This document shows, piece after piece, positions 1 through 9,543 of a DNA stretch of 64,000 bases. How positions within the stretch are numbered: position 1 is the first letter of the stretch; each line of letters begins with the position of its first letter. The notes beneath the pieces are model-generated. The model was not told the origin of the DNA, ran no database searches, and saw only the letters and a list, made by a program, of their open reading frames with translations. This DNA comes from an uncultured Clostridia bacterium (GTDB taxonomy: Bacteria > Bacillota > Clostridia > Christensenellales > CAMQZB01). The translations under genes were made by a program, and so were the position numbers. The stretch spans positions 4,425 to 68,424 of the forward strand of contig CAZIPL010000003.1 in assembly GCA_964541255.1 (NCBI GenBank), in the 5' to 3' direction.

Positions 1-984
1 TACGCCCACTTCGTTGCCCGTCAAAAGCTCGTATCCGTCAACGCTTTTAACCGCAACGCCTACTCTGTCGCAGTCGGGGTCTGTCGCGATAAGAATATCT
101 GCGTTGCGCTCTTTCGCATACTTAAGTCCAAGCTCCAAAGCCTCTCTGAATTCCGGGTTAGGATAAGGACACGTTGTAAATGCCGAATCGGGTTTTTCCT
201 GCTCGGGAACTACGAAAACGTCGTTATATCCCGCTCTTTGGAATGTCTTCCTGACAGGTTCGTTGCCCGTTCCGTTAAGAGGCGTATAAACGATTTTAAG
301 CTCCGTATTCTGTATTGCTTCGGGGAAAATTCTTTCTTTCAAAACCTTGTCGTAGAACGTTTCGATGACATTTTCGACGATAAATTGAATCTTTCCCTCC
401 ATCAACGCTCTTTCAAAAGGCATATTGTTGATGTCTTCGAAAGGATTGAGCGAATTCATTTCCTCCGCAACGACGTCCGCTACATCGGGGCCGATCTGGC
501 AACCGTCGGAGCCGAATACCTTATATCCGTTATATTTACTCGGATTGTGGCTTGCGGTAATCATGATACCGCCGCTTGCTTTGAGCTTTCTTATCGCATA
601 AGAAACGAGCGGTGTCGGGAGCAATCTGTTGTAGATCTGAACCATAACTCCGTTTGCAGCTAAAATAGTCGCCGCTGTTCTTGCGAAGACGTCGCTGTTT
701 TTTCTCGAATCGAAGCCTATGATAACAAGCGGTCTCGAATATTTTTTCTTAAGGAAATTCGCATAGCCTTGCGTTGCAAGTCCGACTGTATATATATTCA
801 TTCTGTTCGTACCTGCACCGAGAATTCCTCTAAGTCCTGCCGTTCCGAATTCAAGCGAACGGTAGAATCTGTCGAATATTTCCTCTTCGTTATTCTCTAC
901 GGCACGGAGATCTTCGACAAGCTCTTCGTCCTCGAGGTCGTAATTTTTCCATTCATTGTACAGTTTCAACACTTTTTCATCCAT
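1..984 (-). CDS. alpha-D-phosphohexomutase (phosphoglucomutase/phosphomannomutase family), N-terminal 328 codons; 3' part lies beyond window start
   Basis: I translated the minus strand from the ATG at 984-982 (RBS GGAGG complement at 998-994): MDEKVLKLYNEWKNYDL...EFGTAGLRG. The phosphoserine loop ITASHNP is encoded at 561-541. The frame stays open to position 1. The gene is missing from the ORF track because it is truncated. Confidence 0.85.
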   Translation of the reverse strand, partial: MDEKVLKLYNEWKNYDLEDEELVEDLRAVENNEEEIFDRFYRSLEFGTAGLRGILGAGTNRMNIYTVGLATQGYANFLKKKYSRPLVIIGFDSRKNSDVFARTAATILAANGVMVQIYNRLLPTPLVSYAIRKLKASGGIMITASHNPSKYNGYKVFGSDGCQIGPDVADVVAEEMNSLNPFEDINNMPFERALMEGKIQFIVENVIETFYDKVLKERIFPEAIQNTELKIVYTPLNGTGNEPVRKTFQRAGYNDVFVVPEQEKPDSAFTTCPYPNPEFREALELGLKYAKERNADILIATDPDCDRVGVAVKSVDGYELLTGNEVGV

Positions 985-1191
985 AAAACTATACCTCCGT
1001 ATAGATATATTATCATAAAAAAACAACTTTTTCAATAATCTATTGCGTTTTTTCTCAAAAACGTCTATATTATTTATATGATATGCCTTTTCAATATATA
1101 AATTAGCTTAACATCGGTGTGATTTTCGCAATTGTTTGAGCTTATTTGCTATTTTTATAAATAATTGAATCGGCGATTATTAGGAGTGTAT

Positions 1192-2412
1192 ATGTTTGAT
1201 ATTATCGTTTTGGGAGGCGGCGCGTCGGGCTTTGCCGCAGCAATATCTGCCGCAAGAATACTTAGCGGTGCATCCGTCGCAATCATTGACGGCGGCGACA
1301 GAGTCTTGAAAAAGCTCGCTTTAACGGGTAACGGTCAATGCAATCTCACGAATATCAAAAAAGGAAAATATTTCGGCGACGAAAAGCTTGCCGAAAGAGT
1401 ACTTTCTCGCGTTACGGTTGACGATACCTTTGATTTTTTCAAGAGCATCGGCGTAGAGCTTACCGTTGATAAATCGGGAAAGGTATATCCCAAAAGCAAG
1501 CAAGCTTCTTCCGTATGCGACTGCCTTCGTTTTGAAGCAGAAAAGCTCGGTATTTCCGTCTTTTTGAACGAGAGAATCAATAATATTACAAAAACGGGCG
1601 AAATTTTCGAGATAAACACAAGCGGAGACGACTATTTTGCAAAAAAGATTATCTATTCTTTAGGCGGTGCGGCATATCCGAAGCTTCTTTCTTCAAAATC
1701 GAATACTAAGCTTTATGAGACTTTTAATATCACTTACGCGCCATTTGTTCCCGCGCTTGTTCAGCTTTCAACCACTTCTCCGAACCTTAAGGCTCTTAAA
1801 GGCATAAAAACAGACGCTTTACTATCAATTTATGCGAACGGAAAGCTATTAGCCGAAAAAACGGATGAAATTCACTTTTCGGGCAATGCAATAAGCGGCC
1901 CTGCGACTTTCTCACTATCTCCATACGCAACGATTGCCCTTTCTGAAAATAAGAGCGTAACCGCAAAAATCGACTTCTTCCCCGAAATTTCTGAAGAAGA
2001 ACTGTTCTCCCTTTTATCGTCTCGAAGAAAGATTCTCTCATCTCTGACAATCGACTATATATTCACTACAATGATCCATAACGCAATCGGAAGAACTATA
2101 GTAAAATTAGCAAAACTTTCTTCTTCCGACAAAATATCGACTCTTTCCGACCGTGATTTAAGATCTCTTTGCCGCAAAGCAAAAGCAATTACTTTTGATA
2201 TAAATGACTCATTCGGTTTTAATTTCGCGCAAAGCTCCGTCGGCGGCGTTATTGAGTGCGAGCTTGACGAAAATCTTATGGCAAAGAAAGTCGACGGACT
2301 TTATTTTTCAGGCGAAGCAATAAATGTTTGCGGCGAATGCGGCGGATATAATTTGCAATTTGCTTGGTCAAGTGGAATCATCGCAGGCACTTCCGCGGCA
2401 AAATCTTTGTAA
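1192..2412 (+). CDS. NAD(P)/FAD-dependent oxidoreductase, HI0933/BaiN-like flavoprotein family
   Basis: Dinucleotide fold motif MFDIIVLGGGASGFAAA at the N-terminus and a C-terminal GEAINVCGECGGYNLQFAWSSG signature typical of the family. AGGAG RBS precedes the ATG at 1192; the track's TTG at 1165 has no RBS. Confidence 0.75.
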   Translation: MFDIIVLGGGASGFAAAISAARILSGASVAIIDGGDRVLKKLALTGNGQCNLTNIKKGKYFGDEKLAERVLSRVTVDDTFDFFKSIGVELTVDKSGKVYPKSKQASSVCDCLRFEAEKLGISVFLNERINNITKTGEIFEINTSGDDYFAKKIIYSLGGAAYPKLLSSKSNTKLYETFNITYAPFVPALVQLSTTSPNLKALKGIKTDALLSIYANGKLLAEKTDEIHFSGNAISGPATFSLSPYATIALSENKSVTAKIDFFPEISEEELFSLLSSRRKILSSLTIDYIFTTMIHNAIGRTIVKLAKLSSSDKISTLSDRDLRSLCRKAKAITFDINDSFGFNFAQSSVGGVIECELDENLMAKKVDGLYFSGEAINVCGECGGYNLQFAWSSGIIAGTSAAKSL

Positions 2413-2839
2413 TAGTTTTTACGTTTTTTCTTATCTTTTTAATTACTTTTTTAATAGATAAAAATAGGCGTATTTAGCGAAGTGATTGATTTACTTACCT
2501 CGCGAATATGCCTTTTTCTATGTTATTTTTTTTCTGTGATTTTATGCTATTTTTAAGTATAATTGCCGTTGGGACATACAGAATTGGCTTTTATTCGAAT
2601 CATTTTCGTTTTTTAATTACGTTTCGTATAACCAAATATAGACCTTATTTCGATATTCTTTTTCACAATAATTCATACTTTCTTTCTTCTTTTACTTCCT
2701 AATTTTCTATATATAAGCTTTAGAAAACCATTATAATTTAGTCTTACTTTTTCTTTAGCGAACTCATCACGCGTTTTTTTACATATAAAAAGAGAGAAGC
2801 TTTGCACTTCTCTCTTTATTATTATTGCTATTATTTAGC

Positions 2840-4714
2840 TTAGTTTTTCTTATTCTTAGCTTCTTCTGCATCGCGCGTTTCGAGATATGCGCGAATTTCG
2901 TCTAAAGATTTACCTTCAACCAACATATCGACTTCGGTAGCGTAAATCGTTTCTCTTTCAAACAAAAGCATTGCCATATTATCAAGAACCGATTTATGTT
3001 CCGTAAGAACCTTTTTCGCAACGTCGTGGCATTCTTCGACAATACGTCTTACTTCTTCGTCAACAAGCGCCGCAAGCTTTTCGCTCATAGGATTGCGTTC
3101 TTGATAATCTCTTCCCAAGAATACTTCTTGACCGCCTGCTACGCAGACAGAACCTACGGCTTCCGACATACCCCACTCCGTAACCATAGCTTTCGCCAAG
3201 TCCGTTGCGTGCTTCAAGTCGCTCGAAGCACCCGTACATATATCTTGAATAATGATTTCTTCAGCCGTTCTTCCGCCGAGAGTCATTGCGATATTAGCAA
3301 GCAATTTCGACTTAGAAACGTGCGAATCGTCGTTTGCGGGCATAGTCATCGTATATCCTGCCGCAGTTCCTCTCGGAATTATAGAAACCTCGTGTACGGG
3401 ATCGTTGCCTTTGACAAGCTTTGCTACGATAGCATGACCTGCTTCGTGATATGCCGTAATTCGCTTATCGGATTCGGTAATAATTCTGCTCTTTTTCTGA
3501 GGTCCTATTATAACCTTATTGATTGCTTCGTTAATATCCACCTGCATGATGGACTTTCTGTTCTTTCTTGCCGCAAGAATAGCCGCTTCGTTAAGCAAGT
3601 TTGCGATATCCGCTCCAGTGAAACCGCTTGTGATTCTTGCAAGCTCTTTGAAGTTAACTTCAGACGAAATAGGTTTGTTTCTCGCGTGAACCTTAAATAT
3701 AGCTTCTCTGCCCTTTACGTCGGGAGTATTGACTATAATCTGTCTGTCGAATCTACCCGGTCTCATAAGAGCGGGGTCGAGAACGTCGTGACGGTTTGTC
3801 GCCGCGATAACGATAATACCTTCGTTTGTCTCGAAACCGTCCATCTGAACGAGAAGCTGGTTGAGCGTTTGCTCTCTTTCGTCGTGTCCGCCGCCAAGTC
3901 CTGCGCCTCTTTGACGACCTACTGCGTCGATTTCGTCGATAAATACGATACAAGGAGCGTTTTTCTTAGCGTTTTCAAACAAATCTCTAACTCTCGCCGC
4001 ACCGACACCGACATACATCTCTACGAAGTCAGAACCGGAAATCGAGAAGAACGGAACGTCAGCTTCGCCTGCGATTGCTTTTGCGAACAACGTTTTTCCC
4101 GTTCCCGGAGGGCCTATCAAAAGAACTCCTCTCGGAATCTTTGCTCCGAGCTCAGAGAACTTTTTCGGGCTTTTCAAAAACTCAACGATTTCTTTAAGCT
4201 CTTCTTTTTCTTCTTCCGCACCCGCAACGTCGGAAAAACGTACTTTGACGTGATCGTTTATCCTTGCATGGGATTTTCCGAAGTTATTTATTCCTCCGGC
4301 GCCACCGCCTTGCATGTTTCTCGACATTATAATAAAGACTACAAACAATCCCGCCATAATCAAATACGGCAAGAGATAAGAAACCCACGACGATGCATTA
4401 GGGTCGTTAAGCTTAACGACTGCCATATACTCACCCGTCACGGGATTTTTCAAATCCTCCTGAGTTGCCTGTCTTGAAAAAATCTTCGCTTTATATACAG
4501 CGGTTTTGCTGCTTACGTCTTTATAACCGTAAATTAAATATTGACCCTGTATTTCAACCTTTTTTATGTTGCCGCTTTCAACTTCTTTCAAAAAATCGGT
4601 ATACGATAACTCCTTTGTGGTTCCGCCGCTAAACAGCCCCGAAACCGAGAAAATTAATACCGCTATAAGAACAACTCCGAGTATTATTGACATTACTCTG
4701 TTCTGATTTTTCAA
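2840..4714 (-). CDS. ftsH: ATP-dependent zinc metalloprotease FtsH
   Basis: N-terminal TM segments, Walker A GPPGTGKT, Walker B DEIDA, second region of homology, zinc site HEAGHA. TTG start lies 10 nt after GGAGG. Confidence 0.95.
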   Translation of the reverse strand: MKNQNRVMSIILGVVLIAVLIFSVSGLFSGGTTKELSYTDFLKEVESGNIKKVEIQGQYLIYGYKDVSSKTAVYKAKIFSRQATQEDLKNPVTGEYMAVVKLNDPNASSWVSYLLPYLIMAGLFVVFIIMSRNMQGGGAGGINNFGKSHARINDHVKVRFSDVAGAEEEKEELKEIVEFLKSPKKFSELGAKIPRGVLLIGPPGTGKTLFAKAIAGEADVPFFSISGSDFVEMYVGVGAARVRDLFENAKKNAPCIVFIDEIDAVGRQRGAGLGGGHDEREQTLNQLLVQMDGFETNEGIIVIAATNRHDVLDPALMRPGRFDRQIIVNTPDVKGREAIFKVHARNKPISSEVNFKELARITSGFTGADIANLLNEAAILAARKNRKSIMQVDINEAINKVIIGPQKKSRIITESDKRITAYHEAGHAIVAKLVKGNDPVHEVSIIPRGTAAGYTMTMPANDDSHVSKSKLLANIAMTLGGRTAEEIIIQDICTGASSDLKHATDLAKAMVTEWGMSEAVGSVCVAGGQEVFLGRDYQERNPMSEKLAALVDEEVRRIVEECHDVAKKVLTEHKSVLDNMAMLLFERETIYATEVDMLVEGKSLDEIRAYLETRDAEEAKNKKN

Positions 4715-5163
4715 ATTAACGGTTCCTCCGTCATTATAGTTTTAACATTCTACCATATTTTGTCTTTATTTGCAACTGATTTATTTAGCTAACAGCTTAT
4801 TTATATTGTGTTATTTTTTCCATATTTTATCAACAATTTTGCCGTTTTTTACTATGATTTTTCGCTTTTTAGTCTTAATCATTGACTTTTGTTAAACATT
4901 GTTATATCATAATATTGCTATACATATTATATTCAATATCATTAGGCATTATCGCTGTTTTATATTTATATCTATTTTTCATTAAATTATTTTGTATTTC
5001 GATTTATTTATGAAAATAGACTATTATATCAAAGTATGCGATTAACCTATTAATAAAGCGAAATCATTTTATTAACTTACTAAATATAATGGAAATATAT
5101 AGTTTTGACGCTTTGTTTTTATGTTTATAATATGTAAGCAATAATTTAACTTAGGAGAAAATT

Positions 5164-5904
5164 ATGTGGGTAGATATTGCCATAATAGGTATTATTCTTC
5201 TTTTCGCAGTCGTAGGTCTTCTTAAAGGCTTTATGAAAACACTCCTCTCTTTCGCAGGAGTTGTTCTTGCCCTTATCGCTGCTGTTTTATTAACGAAACC
5301 CGTTGTCGCTGCTCTTGGCGGATCAAAAATCGAAACAATAATCGCAGAAAAGGTTCTTACAGTACTATCGGGTATGGGTGATCTTATGACGACAGAGATT
5401 CCTTCTTACGAAGTTTTGGTTGAAGTTCTTCAACAATCTCTCCCCGCAAGCGTAGCTCAGTCTCTTGCAGAAAGTGTTTCCGAGATGTTCGGAAGTTCCG
5501 CAAATCAAACGCTTGCTCAACTTCTAACTCCGGGACTTACCAATATATTTATGAATATCTTGGTATTTATTGTTTTGTTTGTCGTTTTAATAATAGTTTT
5601 CGCTGTTTTGAAATCTATCGCAAAAGCTTTCAAACATATCAAGCTTATCGATATAGTAGATAAAATTCTCGGTTTTATTCTCGGCGCAATCATGGGTGTC
5701 GCATTTGTATACTTACTTATGCTTATTCTTACGCTTTTGACTGGCGTTGAAAGCATAAATACTTTGGTTGATATGATTCTCTCATCCTCTCTCGGAAGTA
5801 TTATGTATAATAACAATCTGATATCTATTTTATTCAGACAGCTTCTCGATACCGGAACAATCAATTCCGAAGAGATTATAAACACTCTTCACGCAGCAGC
5901 ATAA
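5164..5904 (+). CDS. cvpA: CvpA-family (colicin V production) integral membrane protein
   Basis: N-terminus MWVDIAIIGIILLFAVVGLLKGFMKTLLSF is typical of CvpA. Multiple TM helices. AGGAG RBS. Confidence 0.7.
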   Translation: MWVDIAIIGIILLFAVVGLLKGFMKTLLSFAGVVLALIAAVLLTKPVVAALGGSKIETIIAEKVLTVLSGMGDLMTTEIPSYEVLVEVLQQSLPASVAQSLAESVSEMFGSSANQTLAQLLTPGLTNIFMNILVFIVLFVVLIIVFAVLKSIAKAFKHIKLIDIVDKILGFILGAIMGVAFVYLLMLILTLLTGVESINTLVDMILSSSLGSIMYNNNLISILFRQLLDTGTINSEEIINTLHAAA

Positions 5905-5982
5905 CTATTATTTATAGTATTTATAAATCTCTAAATAGCATTTAACCAATACTCACATTTTAATAATTGTTTAATAGTATTT

Positions 5983-5998
5983 TGTTCCACGTGGAACA
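5983..5998. other. parS centromere-like site (ParB/Spo0J binding)
   Basis: TGTTCCACGTGGAACA is a perfect 16-bp palindrome. It matches the B. subtilis parS TGTTCCACGTGAAACA at 15 of 16 positions. Confidence 0.8.
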
Positions 5999-6022
5999 TC
6001 TTCCCTAAAAAATATAACGGGT

Positions 6023-6038
6023 TATTCCACGTGGAACA
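6023..6038. other. parS centromere-like site, second copy
   Basis: TATTCCACGTGGAACA differs from the first copy at one position. The two centres are 40 bp apart. Confidence 0.7.
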
Positions 6039-6128
6039 TTTTTTATGCTTAAAAATAGATTTGATATAATTATAGTAAGAGTATAAAATCAATTGTCTTA
6101 ATAATAAATAGGACAATAAATTTATATA

Positions 6129-6297
6129 TTGCTTGCAGGGTGCGGAAACTTTGAAGTACTGCTAAACTATAATAATCCCTCAGTCACCTAAAGGTGACAG
6201 CTCCCTTACTAAAGGAGCCTTAGATTTTGTGGCAAAAGCGAAGCGTTTTGTAAAAGATTTTGTCGTTAGACAAATCATTTACTTCTTATAGGTTATA
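6129..6297 (+). repeat. Interspersed structured repeat, copy R1 (head TTGCTTGCAGGG, double-hairpin core, two further hairpins, ACTTCTTATAGGTTATA terminus)
   Basis: Shares co-linear modules with 40723-40870 and 21415-21570. The core lies at 6174-6219. Confidence 0.8.
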
Positions 6298-6299
6298 AT

Positions 6300-6870
6300 A
6301 GAAAATCATATCCACTTTAATAAATACATTAAAATATAATTTATTATCTATATAGTATTGTAATATAATACATGATTTATAAAGGGTATAATAGAATATA
6401 TAAAATACCTCTTTTAGATAGAATTAGTTATCAATATACTTTTCTTTCTATGTTTTATTCCACCAACTTATATTCAAAGATATATTACGTAATTATTTAA
6501 TTATTATTAAAACTATTATAAAAATAAATCTAAACTTATCCACATTTCCATAATAAGACTAGTTGTTATTAACACTATTATGGTTATTTAAAGATAAATA
6601 TCTTCTTAATATATACTTATTTTAAAAGTTATCCACATAAAAACATATAAACTTACTATATATAGAATATAAAAAAACAAAATAAAAACAAATATTAAAA
6701 GCATAAAGTTTTTAAAAATACTACAATAAAAAAGTAATTTATATTGATAAATTGCTTATAAAATATACATCACGTCGATGTTATAATTAAAATAATGATA
6801 AGCTTTATTCTTATATATTAACTTTTATTTATCAATATCTTAATCTAAAAAAATATATATTAAAATAAAA
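6300..6870. other. DnaA-box plus extremely AT-rich block downstream of dnaN (putative left half of a bipartite oriC)
   Basis: Perfect TTATCCACA boxes at 6536-6544 and 6629-6637 (plus strand). The stretch 6640-6870 is almost pure A/T. Confidence 0.55.
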
Positions 6871-6900
6871 AAGCGAACTGACATTAAAATCAATTCGCTT
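6861..6900 (-). terminator. Rho-independent terminator of dnaN
   Basis: Stem AAGCGAA (6871-6877) pairs with TTCGCTT (6894-6900). A T-run follows on the minus strand (A-run 6861-6870 on plus). Confidence 0.55.
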
Positions 6901-6930
6901 TAATATAATTTGATTATCAATTATCTAAAT

Positions 6931-8028
6931 TTACGCCGTTCTTATAGGAAGAATCATAAACAACGTTTCGTTAGAATTAAGCGGCGAAATAATCGCAGGA
7001 GACGTCGGAGTATTTATCATTATTGTTACATACTCTTCGGAAATAACCTTTAATGCGTCCTGAATGAATTTCGGATTGAAAGATATCGAAATCTCCTTTC
7101 CTATCAAATTAACGTTAAGTTTTTCCTTGATATTACCGATTTCCGATACCGAAACAAGGTTTGCAGAGTTTTCTTTGATATCAAAAGTAACAAGGTTATT
7201 TGTAAGTCCTCTTGCCAAAACGCTTGCTCTTTCAAGACCTTCTTCGAGTTGTCCCTTATTGAAATTAACGCTTGTAGAGAAATCCTTAGGAATTATGTTG
7301 TTATACATAATAAATTCTCCCTCTAAAAGTCTTGTAATAAGCGTAATGTTATTTATATCCACCATCAAACGGTTGTTTTCAATAAAAACCGTTACAGGAC
7401 TTTCGGAATCGTCTAAAAGCTTAGAAATTTCGTTCAACGCTCTTGCAGGAATAATAACACTCATATTCTTAGTAGACTGCTCCAAAGGCTTTTTAACAAG
7501 AGCCAATCTATATCCGTCAAGCGCGACAGCCGTCAACGAATATTCGTCAATTTCGAATAAAACGCCTTGAAGTATTGGTCTTGAAGAATCAAAAGACGCA
7601 CAGAAAACCGTTTTGTTTATAAGATCCTTAAATTCTTTCTGCAAAAGCGAAAAGCTCTCTCCGAATTTAATACGCTCAAAAAGCGGGAATTCGTCGCTGT
7701 TATAGCACTGCAAAACACCTTCGGAATCGTTATATCTGATTTTTAAGCTTCCGTTTACGTCTGAAAGCTCTATTTGTTCGTTGTTAAGCTTTCTAATGAA
7801 TTCAAGAAAATACTTACCCGGAACAACAGTTTCTCCTTCAATCAAAACTTCTGCGGGGATTTTCTGCTCGATAGCTATCTCGAGATCCGTACCGCATAAA
7901 GTAAGACTGTCCTTTTCGGCTTTAATCTTAATACCTTCAAGAACTTGTGATGTAGTTTTTCCGCTAACAGCCTTAACGGCATTAGCTGCGGCAATGCTCA
8001 AATTCAATCCGTCGCATACAGCTTTCAT
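6931..8028 (-). CDS. dnaN: DNA polymerase III beta subunit (sliding clamp)
   Basis: 365 aa with a three-domain clamp pattern. Motifs: TDLEIAIE, ALDGYRLA, C-terminal MILPIRT. AGGAG RBS. Confidence 0.93.
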   Translation of the reverse strand: MKAVCDGLNLSIAAANAVKAVSGKTTSQVLEGIKIKAEKDSLTLCGTDLEIAIEQKIPAEVLIEGETVVPGKYFLEFIRKLNNEQIELSDVNGSLKIRYNDSEGVLQCYNSDEFPLFERIKFGESFSLLQKEFKDLINKTVFCASFDSSRPILQGVLFEIDEYSLTAVALDGYRLALVKKPLEQSTKNMSVIIPARALNEISKLLDDSESPVTVFIENNRLMVDINNITLITRLLEGEFIMYNNIIPKDFSTSVNFNKGQLEEGLERASVLARGLTNNLVTFDIKENSANLVSVSEIGNIKEKLNVNLIGKEISISFNPKFIQDALKVISEEYVTIMINTPTSPAIISPLNSNETLFMILPIRTA

Positions 8029-8039
8029 GTTGTTTCTCC

Positions 8040-8360
8040 TTTAGTTAGATATAAATTATATTAATAAGTAGTAATAATAATAAGCTATGTGAAAATGTGG
8101 AAAACCGCATTTTTATACTCAAATTATAGCATAAACAGTGGATTTTTGTAAATAGATTTATGTTGATAGTTTGTGCTTTTTTATCAATATAGAGTTCTTT
8201 TTTCGGTTAATAAGTTGTGGATAACTATGCTTTTCTTAAAAATAAGAATAATTGTAAATAAGACGAGTAATAAAAAAAAAGACGAAGTTATAAATATATT
8301 AACATATATATTGATAACTTTTGTGAATATCTATATTAATAACTGTGGATAAAAGAAAAA
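8040..8360 (-). other. oriC-like unwinding module: DnaA boxes, GC, DnaA-trios, AT-rich stretch
   Basis: Read on the minus strand: TTATCCACA at 8352-8344 and 8224-8216, then TTTTCCACA at 8104-8096. GC follows at 8085-8084. TAG TAA TAA TAA TAA lies at 8069-8083 on the plus strand, and a 28-bp AT-rich stretch at 8041-8068 abuts the dnaN RBS. Confidence 0.65.
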
Positions 8361-8485
8361 TGCTTAATTTCGTATCTTTAAATGATTATTAATTAGAAAA
8401 AAGTATTTGAATAAGTTTAGAAAATGCTTTTTTTCTTTAAGAGTTTTCCGTAATATTCCGTAATAATATATAAAGAAATAATTAC

Positions 8486-9184
8486 CTACATAATAGGCGC
8501 AGTTCTTTCTTTATTCTTTCCTCTCGGATACTTAACGGGAGTTGAAGAAACCTTTCTAATTATCAGGAGCGTTCTTGTTAAATCAGGCAGAATATCTACA
8601 GAAACGATTTTTTCGAGCTTTCCGCCTAAAATTCTAATTGCGTTTTCAGCTTCTTTAAGTTCTTCGTCCGAATATGACTTATATGCTATAAAAACTCCGC
8701 CTATTTTGACAAGAGGCAAACAATATTCGCAAAGTGTGTTAAGGCGTGCCACAGCTCTCGCCGTAACAACGTCATAATTTTCCCTCTTTTCCGTTCTTGC
8801 TAAATCTTCGATTCTTGAATGTATCGCGACGGCATTATCTAAAGACAAAACGTTTGAAGCTGCGTTTAGATAATTCACTTTCTTAGCAACGGAATCAACC
8901 ATAGTTAAGGTTATATCATCTCTAACTATTTTTAAAGGAAGCGCAGGAAATCCGCCGCCGGAGCCGACATCGAGAACATTTGCGCTTTTCGGAATATAAG
9001 AACATCCCGCCAAAGAATCGAGAAAATGAAGAAAATATACCTTTTCTTTGTCGGTTATTGTCGTGAGATTATATTTTTCGTTCTCAGAAACGAGAAAATT
9101 ATATAAAGTCTCGAAATTTTGAAGCATCTTTTCGGAAAGTTCTATGCCGAAATCGTTGCATTTTTTAGAAAAAACATCAATCAT
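8486..9184 (-). CDS. rsmG: 16S rRNA (guanine527-N7)-methyltransferase RsmG (GidB)
   Basis: 232 aa. SAM-binding motif LDVGSGGGFPALPLKI and the family-typical length and order. Confidence 0.88.
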   Translation of the reverse strand: MIDVFSKKCNDFGIELSEKMLQNFETLYNFLVSENEKYNLTTITDKEKVYFLHFLDSLAGCSYIPKSANVLDVGSGGGFPALPLKIVRDDITLTMVDSVAKKVNYLNAASNVLSLDNAVAIHSRIEDLARTEKRENYDVVTARAVARLNTLCEYCLPLVKIGGVFIAYKSYSDEELKEAENAIRILGGKLEKIVSVDILPDLTRTLLIIRKVSSTPVKYPRGKNKERTAPIM

Positions 9185-9543
9185 ACGACGAGTATAACAT
9201 AAAATCGCATTGCTGTAAACTCAAAAAAATTATAAAACACTTTTCAAACTCAAAAAAATATGATATACTTAAAATTAATATCGGGATTTTGCATAAAAAT
9301 AGCAAAAAAATACCGATATATCGATAAAAATCCGCTGTTTTAAGAAAAAATAAAGGAAATTTGTCGGATATCAAACAAATAAAAAATATTAAAAAGCAAG
9401 TTTTTTGTTTGTAATTGATGATTGTTTTTACTAAAAAATGCGGAATTTTGTTAAGCAAATCACAATAAAATGTGAAAAGGTATAAATCCTAAATTAGTAT
9501 TTATTGGATTTATAAAACAAATGTTAGATATTTAAGAGGTACT

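Noticed and set aside
2996-4477. Very long antisense ORFs mirror real genes. Examples are 2996-4477 opposite ftsH, 13003-14058 opposite the BMP gene, 30666-31673 and 39042-40088 opposite GPH genes, and 44199-44942 opposite rhaD. Further cases are 47742-48728 opposite the carboxypeptidase, 50749-51492, 53866-54654 and 60068-61216.
   Set aside because: Their translations are low-complexity and rich in Arg, Ser and Cys, with no motifs or RBS. The sense-strand proteins are unmistakable. The open antisense frames are explained by sense codon usage that avoids TTA, CTA and TCA (Leu is mostly CTT; Ser is TCG/TCC), which removes stop codons from the opposite strand.
5931-6116. A 61-aa ORF on the minus strand.
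   Set aside because: It spans both parS palindromes in AT-rich intergenic DNA, has no RBS, and has an implausible composition.
9177-9458. A 93-aa ORF between rsmG and parA. The same reasoning applies to 2508-2702 in the 430-bp AT-rich gap between the BaiN-like gene and ftsH.
   Set aside because: Both are Phe/Ile/Leu/Lys-rich translations of AT-rich spacers with no RBS. I treat them as non-coding. The unusually long convergent spacer at 2413-2839 shows no repeat or structure beyond the ftsH terminator hairpin at 2789-2817.
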